Sequence record: NGBS01000298.1
Length of the DNA: 32,000 nucleotides
Direction: 5' to 3' (one strand)
The notes under the pieces are model-generated. The model did not search any database, was not told the origin of the DNA, and saw only the letters and a list, made by a program, of their open reading frames with translations. Shown here piece after piece: positions 9,076 to 17,686 of the stretch (its first letter is position 1; each line of letters opens with the position of its first letter). Position numbers and translations under genes: made by a program.

Positions 9076-10467
9076 TTATTTAAATAAATTATTTTTATTT
9101 AATTTACGATAATAAGTTCCAGTTAAAGGTAAATAAGAATTATGACGAATTTTTTTTTTTCTAATTTTACGAGATCTACAACCATTAAACACAGGTAAAG
9201 TAGAAATATAAAAAATACTAGAATAAATTTTATTTATATCTTTAATAGTATTAAAATTTATTTTTTGAAAATAAGAATTGAATGTATTTTTTTTTAAAGA
9301 ATACGTTATATAATTATAAGAATTATAGTGTATTAAAATATTTTTAGAAACATTTTTAATTTCTAAATTATTTTGATCAAATAAATCGAAATTTTCAGTA
9401 GAATCTCCGTTATCATCTGGATTTTCTGAATTTTCAACTAATATTTGTAAATAATCTGATATTTCTTTAAAATAATATGTAATATAATAGATACTATTAA
9501 TAAATGGACTTAAAACTAATTTAAATTTGATTGAACTTTTGAAATTTAAAGAAGAAATTTTTGAAAAACCAATTTTTAATAAAATAGATAAAGCATATTT
9601 TGAACAACAGCTACGTCCTGTAAAACCTAATTGAGCTGTACTTTTTACAAAAAAAACATGAGATGTTGCATAATCAAATAATGTAATAAAAGCGTTATTT
9701 TGTAAAATTGTTAAATTATATATTAATTTTTTTTTTTGAAATAAAATTAATTGTAAATTTTTTATTTCAAAATGATTTAAATTTAAATAATCCGATAAAG
9801 TAAGAAAATTTAATATATTACTATTATTATTATTTAATATCTCAGAAATATTAGAAAAATGTACAATTTCTTTAGTATTTTTATTATATTTTAAATTATA
9901 TATATTTGTAAAATATATATTTTTATTTTTATTATAATAAATTTTATTTATTTTATAACATATTTTAATTTTAAATATTAAAATTTTATTTATTTTATTT
10001 TGTAATATTGTTTTTTTTTTTGAAAAAAAAATAGTTTTAATATTTAAAAAAGAATAATTTATTTTATAATTAAAATGTTCAAATATATAATTTAAATTAA
10101 CATCATATCTATTTGATAAAAAATCAAATTTATTTTTAAAAAAAAGAATTAAAATAAAACGAGAATAACTTGGAATATTTTTCCAAATATTTTTTAAAAA
10201 TGGAATATTTGAATCAAGATTAATGAAATACATAATTTCAAATAATAATTCCAAATCTAATATTTTTTTTTTAGAATCATTTTCAGGTTCTAAGCAGTAA
10301 TAAATATTATTCAAAAAAATATTATTTAAATATTTTAAATACTTCCCATTTTTAAATATATCTGAAAAATTACGTGAATTTATCTTATTATAATAGCGAA
10401 TTTTAATATAATTATAATTATTAAAATTTATATTTTTTTTTAAATTTAAATTAATAATATTATTCAT
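9076..10467 (-). CDS. rps11: Ribosomal protein S11, greatly expanded (463 aa)
   Basis: Core motifs NNAFITLFD..STAQLGFTGRS..SKYA and the C-terminal NGCRSRKIRKKK match S11 (NNT..T.TD..GFKGSRKST.YAA; NGCRPPKKRR). There is an N-terminal extension of about 255 aa and an internal acidic insert. Confidence 0.78.
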   Translation of the reverse strand: MNNIINLNLKKNINFNNYNYIKIRYYNKINSRNFSDIFKNGKYLKYLNNIFLNNIYYCLEPENDSKKKILDLELLFEIMYFINLDSNIPFLKNIWKNIPSYSRFILILFFKNKFDFLSNRYDVNLNYIFEHFNYKINYSFLNIKTIFFSKKKTILQNKINKILIFKIKICYKINKIYYNKNKNIYFTNIYNLKYNKNTKEIVHFSNISEILNNNNSNILNFLTLSDYLNLNHFEIKNLQLILFQKKKLIYNLTILQNNAFITLFDYATSHVFFVKSTAQLGFTGRSCCSKYALSILLKIGFSKISSLNFKSSIKFKLVLSPFINSIYYITYYFKEISDYLQILVENSENPDDNGDSTENFDLFDQNNLEIKNVSKNILIHYNSYNYITYSLKKNTFNSYFQKINFNTIKDINKIYSSIFYISTLPVFNGCRSRKIRKKKIRHNSYLPLTGTYYRKLNKNNLFK

Positions 10468-10849
10468 TAAAATGTAATTTTAATTTAGCAATTTGACCAT
10501 TAGAGTGCGTTCGTTGTCCATGTACAGGTAAACCATTTTTTAAACGATAATATTTTAAATTTTTAGTATTTTTTAAATTATTTAAATATGCAATAGTTTC
10601 AATATTATGTAATTTTTTTGATTTTATTTTATCATTTTTTTCGACTAATTTTAAAAAATTACTTAATATTTTTAAAATAAAATCAATATCTTTAATTGTT
10701 TTTAATTGTTTATTGGGGTTAAAACCTAGTTTATTACATATTCCTATTGCTTTTGGTAAATTTATACTATAAATACTTGTTAATAACTCTGAAATATTAA
10801 TATTTAATTTTATATTTTTTTTTAATAATGAGATATACTCGTTTTGCAT
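10460..10849 (-). CDS. rps13: Ribosomal protein S13
   Basis: LTSIYSINLPKAIGICNKLGF and YYRLKNGLPVHGQRTHSNG match S13 (LTSIYGVG...; RGLPVRGQRTKTNARTRKG). Confidence 0.85.
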   Translation of the reverse strand: MQNEYISLLKKNIKLNINISELLTSIYSINLPKAIGICNKLGFNPNKQLKTIKDIDFILKILSNFLKLVEKNDKIKSKKLHNIETIAYLNNLKNTKNLKYYRLKNGLPVHGQRTHSNGQIAKLKLHFNE

Positions 10850-10860
10850 ATAATTATAAG

Positions 10861-10895
10861 TTAGCCCCTTAGTTAACTAACTAAAGGGGGGCTAG
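10861..10895. promoter_or_regulatory. GC-rich stem-loop in the divergent spacer (candidate promoter/origin/processing element)
   Basis: ttagcccctt...aaggggggctag: 10861-10870 pairs with 10886-10895 (8 Watson-Crick and 2 G.U pairs). The loop contains the palindrome ttagttaactaa (10869-10880). These are the only runs of 4 or more consecutive C or G in the 179-nt spacer. Confidence 0.4.
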
Positions 10896-10901
10896 TTAAT
10901 A

Positions 10902-10938
10902 ATATATTAAACTAATATATCTTATATATAAGATATAT
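10902..10938. repeat. Two overlapping perfect AT palindromes in the strand-switch spacer
   Basis: atatatta-aac-taatatat (10902-10920, 8-bp arms) and the perfect 24-nt palindrome atatatcttatatataagatatat (10915-10938). Both verified by reverse-complementing. Confidence 0.8.
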
Positions 10939-11028
10939 ATTATAATAATATAATTTATATAATAATATTATTATATTATTATATTATAATTTAATATATA
11001 TATATAAATATTTGGAAAAAAAAACAAT

Positions 11029-11256
11029 ATGTTTAAATTTTGGAGAAATCTAGATCAATTTAATAAAAATCTTATTAAATATTCTTGTATGTTTGTGGTA
11101 AATATGCTTATTACTTTTAAAGTTATAGCTTTAATTTGGTTATGGTGCGATTATGTTTGGTTTCCTTATTTACATCCTTATTGGCACACCTTTGCGATGT
11201 ATACTTGGTATCATATCTGCGTACCTACTTATACATTTATTGTAAGTTTTTTTTAA
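11029..11256 (+). CDS. Hypothetical 75-aa aromatic-rich protein (one predicted hydrophobic helix)
   Basis: First ORF of the plus-strand gene block, with ATG start and TAA stop. Its base composition looks closer to the nad genes than to the neighbouring r-protein genes, and the product has 6 W, 7 Y and 3 H. I recognise no homologue. Confidence 0.4.
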   Translation: MFKFWRNLDQFNKNLIKYSCMFVVNMLITFKVIALIWLWCDYVWFPYLHPYWHTFAMYTWYHICVPTYTFIVSFF

Positions 11257-11265
11257 TAAACTTAC
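11242..11265 (+). promoter_or_regulatory. Perfect 8-bp stem-loop between orf75 and rpl2
   Basis: gtaagttt (11242-11249) and aaacttac (11258-11265) are exact reverse complements. The loop contains the orf75 stop, and the stem ends 4 nt before the rpl2 ATG. Confidence 0.4.
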
Positions 11266-11269
11266 CAAA

Positions 11270-12103
11270 ATGCTAACTTTAAAAAATAATATGCAGGTAT
11301 TTACCTGTATTAGTAAAATAAAACAAGGTATAAAGAGACGTAATGGAAAAAATAATCAAGGTCGAACAACTGTTTGGCATCGTGGTAATGGAAATAAAAT
11401 TAGATTAATTCAAACAAATTTCAATTTAAATAAAACAATAAAAAATTATAAATATATTAAAAGTGATATTTTACATATTTTTACAAATATTCAAAATAAA
11501 TCAGCAAAAATTGCTTATATTAAATGTTTTTATAAAAACCAATATAATATTATAACAAAATATACAAGTGTTATAAGTCAAAAAGATTTAAATATTAATT
11601 CAAGTTTTTATAATTATATTAATAAAGATATAAATAATTGGCAAATAAATTATAATCAAATAAAAATTGGAAATATTTTGTGTCTAAAAAATATTCCAGT
11701 TGGAACTTTAATTAATAATATTGAATTACATCAAAATAAAGGAAGTCAATTAATTCGAGCTGCTGGAACATATAGTCAAATTATTAAAAAAAATGAATTA
11801 ACTAAAAATGTTTATATTAAATTACGTTCAGGAAAAATACAAAAAATGTCTTGTTTAAATACAGCTATAATTGGAATAAATTCAAATAGTGAACATAAAA
11901 TTATAAAAAAATCAAAAGCAGGTGATAATCGTAATTTAGGTATTCGTCCACATGTTAGAGGTGTTGCAATGAATGTAATTGATCACCCACACGGAAGTAG
12001 TGGAGGAAAAACATCAGGTGGTCGTTGTTCAGTAACACCTTGGGGAAAATTAACTAAAGGTAAAAAAACAAATTTAAAAAAAAAAAAAAATGAAATTATT
12101 TAA
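11270..12103 (+). CDS. rpl2: Ribosomal protein L2
   Basis: GRTTVWHRGNGNK and MNVIDHPHGSSGGKTSGGR match the L2 motifs (GRIT.RHRGGGHK; NP.DHPHGGGEG). Confidence 0.9.
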   Translation: MLTLKNNMQVFTCISKIKQGIKRRNGKNNQGRTTVWHRGNGNKIRLIQTNFNLNKTIKNYKYIKSDILHIFTNIQNKSAKIAYIKCFYKNQYNIITKYTSVISQKDLNINSSFYNYINKDINNWQINYNQIKIGNILCLKNIPVGTLINNIELHQNKGSQLIRAAGTYSQIIKKNELTKNVYIKLRSGKIQKMSCLNTAIIGINSNSEHKIIKKSKAGDNRNLGIRPHVRGVAMNVIDHPHGSSGGKTSGGRCSVTPWGKLTKGKKTNLKKKKNEII

Positions 12104-12353
12104 AACTATAAATAAAGAAATATTAAATATAAATATTTCAGATAAAAAAATACAAATAAAATCAAGAAATTCAAATATTTTACCACAATTTTTAAATAAA
12201 CAATTATTAATATATAATGGAAAAATATTTCAACCCATATTTGTAATAAAAGAACATTTAAATAATAAAATGGGTAATTATTCTTTAACACGTAAGCATT
12301 GTATACATAGTCGTCCAAAATTAAAAAATAAAATTCGTATTAAAAAAATTTAA
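12090..12353 (+). CDS. rps19: Ribosomal protein S19
   Basis: IYNGKIFQPIFVIKEHLNNKMGNYSLTRK matches the S19 core (V.NG......V.....VGHKLGEF..TR). It follows rpl2 as in the bacterial S10 operon, with a 14-nt overlap. Confidence 0.85.
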   Translation: MKLFKTINKEILNINISDKKIQIKSRNSNILPQFLNKQLLIYNGKIFQPIFVIKEHLNNKMGNYSLTRKHCIHSRPKLKNKIRIKKI

Positions 12354-15300
12354 TGTCAAGAACAAAAACTAGTACAATAGCTTTACGTACAAAAAAATTA
12401 AATTTTGATTTATTTAAAAACATTAAAAGTTTTTCAAATGAGGATTACATATATAATCTAAGAGAAGATAATTTAATTAAAAAAATATTAATATTATTAT
12501 TAAATCAATATTTTAGTATTAATATTAATAAATTACAAATTATAAAATATTTTGAATCAATTGATATTTTTACTGAATTAAATATCGATAAAAATACACA
12601 AAAATTAAATTTATTAAAATTTATTAATGAAAAAAATAATAATAAAAAATTATCTTTAATTTTATATAATAAAAAGTATATAACTAATAATATAATAAAT
12701 AATAAAAAAATAATATTATATAATAATTTAATTTCAAAACAATTATATAATTTTAAAACAAAAAAATTAATATTGAATAAATTATTAATATTAAATTATA
12801 AAAATAAAAAAATAATTTCAAAAAAAAATGATATAAAAAAACAACAACTTTTAACTCTAAATTATAATACCAATTATACAATAAATTTATATAATATTTA
12901 TTATTATTTTGTTTTAAATATTTTAAAAAATAAAAATATAATTAATTTATTAAAAAATAAAAAATTTATTTTAATATTCTTTAATATTTTTAATAAAATA
13001 CAAAATATTTTTTTTAAAAATAATTTAAATTTTAAAATTTTAAAAAATACAAGTATTTCCAATATTTATATAAAATCATTAACAATAACTGAAAATAATA
13101 TTAAAATTTTAAATAAAACTTATATAAAAAATATTAAAAATAATTTAATTATTTTATTTCAATTAATTTTTAATTATTATAATCTAAAATATAATAATAA
13201 ATACAAAATTTTTTATAAATTTTTAATTAATGATTTAATAATTATTTATTTAAATAATTCGAAATATAATATAAAAAAAAATATTACTAATTATGCCAAT
13301 ATTTATATAAAAAATTATTATATTTTATTACAATTTAAAACAAATATAAAATCAAATTATTTTAGTGTTAAATATTTAAAAACAAAACTATCAAATATAA
13401 TTCAGTTAAAATCAAATAATATTAAATTATTATTAAATAATTTAAACATTAATATTAATACTTATAATAAAATTGAAATAATACCAAATTACAGTATTAT
13501 TGAAAATAATAAAACTAATTTAAAATTAAAAATTAAATCAAAAAACAAATATTTTAATAATAATTTAAAAAAAAATAATAAAAATTTTAAAAATTTAAAA
13601 ACAAATCAAATATTTTTAAAAAATAAAAATAAATACTATAAAATATTTATTTTAAAATTTAAAAAAATAAAACATTTAAATAAAAAAAACAAAAAATTTA
13701 AAAATAAATCAAATTTAATTAAAAAATCCAATTATTTAAAAAATTTAAAATTCTTTAGAAATAATTTAAATTATTCTTTAAAAACTAATTTTAAAAATTT
13801 AGATAATTCTTTAATTATTAAAAAAATAATTTTTAATAAATCATTATTTTCATTAAAAAATTATAAAAAAACACAAAATTTAAAAAAATCTAATAAAAAA
13901 TTTAGAATAAAATTAATAAATAATTCAAATAACTATATTATAATTAAAAATAAAAATATACAACATATAAATAATTATAAAATATTATTAAAATCTTTTA
14001 TTAAAACAAAATATATTTTAAAAATTTTAAATTTAAAATATATTTTAAATAAACATTTAAATATTATAAAATTTGTAAATATACAATTAAATTATTTAAA
14101 AAGAAATAATATATTATCTTTAAATACAAAAAATTACATATATTTAAACAAATTTATTAAAAATTATTATTTTAATAATAAAAAACAATTTATTAATTAT
14201 ACAACTAAAAATAAACAATTATTATTTTTTCAATTAAAATTAAATAATCAATATATTTACAATAAACAATCATCTCATTACATTAATTTAAATATTGTTA
14301 ATACAACTTTTTTAAAAAAAATTTCAATATTAAATTATTATTTAATAAATTCTAAAAATAATTATAATGAAATTTCCAAAAAAATATATTTTGATTTTAA
14401 TATTTATTTAAATAATATAACTAAAAGAAATAAAATTAAAGTAATTAATAATAATAATAATATACTTTTATTTAAATATTTAAAAAATAATATCTTATTA
14501 TTAAATAATTTTAAGTTTAAATATTTAATAAATAAAAAACATTTTAAAAAATCCAATAAAAAACATAATATTATAAATATTAAAAATTCATTCAATAAAC
14601 AATATAAATTAAATTTAATAAATTTAAAAAATACGAATCTGAATTTAACTCATTTATTAAAAAAACATTATAGAATATTAAATCAAAATACAAATATTAA
14701 AAAAAATACAAAAAAATATTACAATTTAATTTTTAAATTTATATGTTTTAATAAAAATTTAAATATAAATATTAAATTAAATAAATATAATAATAAATTA
14801 AAATATTATATAATTTACAACAATCTATTAAAAATAGAATATAATCCCATTATTACTAATTTTGTAATTTATTATAATAATATTAAAAAATTAAAATCCA
14901 ATAATATATTATCTTATTTATATTTACAAAAATTATTACAAAAAAATAAAAATATTAAAACATATAAAATTATAAATTATAATATTATTTATCATTATTA
15001 TTATTTATATTTAAATTATAATAAAATTAATATAAATAATAAAAAATTAATCCATATATCTTATCAAAATTTTGTAAAAAATTCAAAAATAGATTTAAAA
15101 AAAACATTATTAAAAAATAAATTAATTCAATTTAATTATCAAAACACTTATAAAAAAATTAATAAAAAAATTTTTAATTTTCATAATAATTTAAAAATTA
15201 AAAATATATTATTAAAACAATTATATAGTTTAAAATATTTATATATATTAAACAAATATTCAAATTCAACTTTAAATTTTTTTGATTTATATGATTATAA

Positions 15301-17263
15301 TAATTTAAAAAAAAACCAATTAACAAAATTATTTTTAGATTTTAATTTTTTAACTTATTCAAAAAAAAATAATAATAATAAATTATTTGAAACTTTAATA
15401 TATCCTTTATTTAACAAACATTTAATATTATCATATAAAAAAGAATTAATAAATATTATATTAAATTTTGAACAAATTTTTAAAATTGTAAATTATTTTA
15501 AAAATATCAATAATATTAAAATATTATCAAAAATTTCATTTATTAATAATAATAATAAAAATTACTCAAATAATTTTTTAACAAAAAATAATTATATTAA
15601 TTTTCTAAATAATAAATTTATAAAATCTAATAAAATTAATATATCTACAAGTTTTAGTAGATTTCAAAAATATTCTAAAAATTTTGAAATCTATAAAACT
15701 TATATGAAAAAAATATCAAATAAATATAATACAATTTTATCAAAAAAACAATTAATAAAAAATTATATAGAATATAAATTTAATAAAAATATTAATAAAA
15801 ATAAAATTAAAAAACAAAATTTAATTTACAATTCTAATCGAACAGTTAATAATTTATTATTATTTTATAATTTTTTATGTATTTATCAATATCAAAAATA
15901 TTTAATTAAGAAAATTTTAAAAAAATTAAATTTAAAAATTAATACATCTAATAATTTATATTTTATTCAAAAAAAATATATAAAATATTTATTATTAAAT
16001 AATTATATCAAAATTTATAAAAATTTAAATTCTTTTTTTATTAAAAAATTAAATAAAACTACTAATATGAATTATAATAAATTAATTTATAAACACTCTT
16101 CTTTAAATTCGAATTATTATTATTATACTGATTTATTAAATATTTTTAATAAAAATAATATTCTTTTAAATAATATTAATGAATATAATATATTATATCC
16201 TGATTTATTATTAAATAATTATTTAAATAAATTAAATTATATTAAAATAAAAAATTTAAATCAAAAATTATTAAAAACATCTATTAATTTAAATACAAAT
16301 ATTATTACAAATAATTATTTAAATAATATTAATTTTAATCAAAATTACATTAATATTGATTATTCTTTAAATAATAATACTTTATATTTAAATAAAAATA
16401 TAAAAACAAATTTAGTAAATAAATTAATAATTTTACATAAAAAACATTTAAATTCTAATAATTTAAAAAGTTTAAATTTAAATATAAATCGTTTTTTTTA
16501 TATAATTATTAAAAATTATTATTTATTATCAAATAATTCTACGAATAATATAATTAATACAATAATATCAAAAAAAAATATATTATTAGATTATATTGTT
16601 AATAAAAAACTATATATAAATTTATATGAAAATCAAGAATTTGTTAATATTAAATATTTAATAACTAATTATAATATATTTATTAAATATCTATGTTTTT
16701 TAAATATTTATTATATAATTTATAAAAACAGTTATATTAAATTTTATAATAATTTTAATATTTTAAATTTATTTTTCTTTTCTAATTTTTTAGATTATAT
16801 TTTTAAAAAATCAAATTATTTACAATTTTTATTTTATAAATTAAGTTATAAAAATAATAATTTATCAAAAATTCTAGGATTATATTTATTATTATATCAA
16901 TATAGTATTAATCCAAAATTATTAAATATTGATATTATTTTAAATTATATTTTTGAATTTTTAAATATTCAAATTAAATCTAATTCTTTTTATAAATTCT
17001 CAAATTTAAAAAAAAATTTATATTTATTTGAAAATATTTTTAATGATTTTATTAAAGTTTCTAAAAATATTATAGGAATTCAATTTTCAATAAAAGGTAA
17101 AACTTCAAACACAACCTTAAGAAAAAAAAAATATATAATTCAAAAAGGTTATTTAAATTTAAATAATATTGACAATTTAATTGATTATAGTCAGAAAACA
17201 GTAAATGGAAAATATGGTAAATTGTGCTTTAGACTATATATTAGTACAAATATTTTAAAATAA
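12353..17263 (+). CDS. rps3: Ribosomal protein S3 with a giant internal low-complexity insertion (1636 aa)
   Basis: The N-terminus (ALRTKKLNFDL..EDYIYNLREDNLIKKIL) and the C-terminal 65 aa (IIGIQFSIKGK..IDYSQKTVNGKYGKLCFRLYIS) match the two S3 domains. The position between rps19 and rpl16 is the conserved operon slot. About 1500 codons of N/K/I/L/Y-rich sequence lie between the two domains. Confidence 0.85.
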   Translation: MSRTKTSTIALRTKKLNFDLFKNIKSFSNEDYIYNLREDNLIKKILILLLNQYFSININKLQIIKYFESIDIFTELNIDKNTQKLNLLKFINEKNNNKKLSLILYNKKYITNNIINNKKIILYNNLISKQLYNFKTKKLILNKLLILNYKNKKIISKKNDIKKQQLLTLNYNTNYTINLYNIYYYFVLNILKNKNIINLLKNKKFILIFFNIFNKIQNIFFKNNLNFKILKNTSISNIYIKSLTITENNIKILNKTYIKNIKNNLIILFQLIFNYYNLKYNNKYKIFYKFLINDLIIIYLNNSKYNIKKNITNYANIYIKNYYILLQFKTNIKSNYFSVKYLKTKLSNIIQLKSNNIKLLLNNLNININTYNKIEIIPNYSIIENNKTNLKLKIKSKNKYFNNNLKKNNKNFKNLKTNQIFLKNKNKYYKIFILKFKKIKHLNKKNKKFKNKSNLIKKSNYLKNLKFFRNNLNYSLKTNFKNLDNSLIIKKIIFNKSLFSLKNYKKTQNLKKSNKKFRIKLINNSNNYIIIKNKNIQHINNYKILLKSFIKTKYILKILNLKYILNKHLNIIKFVNIQLNYLKRNNILSLNTKNYIYLNKFIKNYYFNNKKQFINYTTKNKQLLFFQLKLNNQYIYNKQSSHYINLNIVNTTFLKKISILNYYLINSKNNYNEISKKIYFDFNIYLNNITKRNKIKVINNNNNILLFKYLKNNILLLNNFKFKYLINKKHFKKSNKKHNIINIKNSFNKQYKLNLINLKNTNLNLTHLLKKHYRILNQNTNIKKNTKKYYNLIFKFICFNKNLNINIKLNKYNNKLKYYIIYNNLLKIEYNPIITNFVIYYNNIKKLKSNNILSYLYLQKLLQKNKNIKTYKIINYNIIYHYYYLYLNYNKININNKKLIHISYQNFVKNSKIDLKKTLLKNKLIQFNYQNTYKKINKKIFNFHNNLKIKNILLKQLYSLKYLYILNKYSNSTLNFFDLYDYNNLKKNQLTKLFLDFNFLTYSKKNNNNKLFETLIYPLFNKHLILSYKKELINIILNFEQIFKIVNYFKNINNIKILSKISFINNNNKNYSNNFLTKNNYINFLNNKFIKSNKINISTSFSRFQKYSKNFEIYKTYMKKISNKYNTILSKKQLIKNYIEYKFNKNINKNKIKKQNLIYNSNRTVNNLLLFYNFLCIYQYQKYLIKKILKKLNLKINTSNNLYFIQKKYIKYLLLNNYIKIYKNLNSFFIKKLNKTTNMNYNKLIYKHSSLNSNYYYYTDLLNIFNKNNILLNNINEYNILYPDLLLNNYLNKLNYIKIKNLNQKLLKTSINLNTNIITNNYLNNINFNQNYINIDYSLNNNTLYLNKNIKTNLVNKLIILHKKHLNSNNLKSLNLNINRFFYIIIKNYYLLSNNSTNNIINTIISKKNILLDYIVNKKLYINLYENQEFVNIKYLITNYNIFIKYLCFLNIYYIIYKNSYIKFYNNFNILNLFFFSNFLDYIFKKSNYLQFLFYKLSYKNNNLSKILGLYLLLYQYSINPKLLNIDIILNYIFEFLNIQIKSNSFYKFSNLKKNLYLFENIFNDFIKVSKNIIGIQFSIKGKTSNTTLRKKKYIIQKGYLNLNNIDNLIDYSQKTVNGKYGKLCFRLYISTNILK

Positions 17264-17686
17264 ATGATTAATTTAAGACCACGTAATGTTAAATATAATA
17301 AAATTCATACAAAATATTTAGGAAAAAAAAATAAAAAGGGAATTAATTTAACTTTTGGATCTTTCGGTTTAAAAGCTGTCGAAAATGGACGAATTTTTCC
17401 AGAACAATTAGAAACTGTACGTAAATTAATTACTAGTGAAATTAAAGCTGAAGGAACTTTATATATTAATATTTTTCCGGATAATTCTTTAACAACAAAA
17501 GCAATTGGTTCTCGTATGGGTAACGGTAAGGGTAATGTTAACACATGGTGCTCTTATGTTCATACTGGTAAAATTATATTTGAGGTTGAAAATATTTCTT
17601 CAAAATTAGCTTTTGGTATTTTAAATAAAATTAAAATATATTTACCTATTCAAACTAAAATTGTTATTTTAAAAAAATATAAATAA
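17264..17686 (+). CDS. rpl16: Ribosomal protein L16
   Basis: LTFGSFGLKAVENGRI..QLETVRK and RMGNGKGNVNTW match L16 (FG.YGL.A.E...I...QIEAAR; RMG.GKG....W). Confidence 0.92.
   Translation: MINLRPRNVKYNKIHTKYLGKKNKKGINLTFGSFGLKAVENGRIFPEQLETVRKLITSEIKAEGTLYINIFPDNSLTTKAIGSRMGNGKGNVNTWCSYVHTGKIIFEVENISSKLAFGILNKIKIYLPIQTKIVILKKYK

Noticed and set aside
11029-11256. Possible 5S rRNA or tmRNA (ssrA) gene in the relatively GC-richer stretch upstream of rpl2
   Set aside because: I could not recognise a 5S loop C/helix motif, a tRNA-like acceptor/T-arm (ggttcga-type box) or a G3:U70 start. An intact ATG-TAA frame spans the region. I kept it as a hypothetical CDS.
12550-17060. Repetitive-looking AT-rich sequence considered as a CRISPR array, a tandem satellite or non-coding filler
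   Set aside because: I could not find a regular repeat-spacer periodicity or a unit repeat. The region maintains a single open frame of about 1500 codons continuous with both S3 domains, so it is coding low-complexity sequence.
12106-17544. Antisense ORFs 12106..12318, 14404..14595 and 17305..17544 (minus strand)
   Set aside because: Each is short and lies opposite a well-supported gene (rps19, rps3, rpl16). All other genes in this half are on the plus strand. The products are low-complexity or lack motifs.
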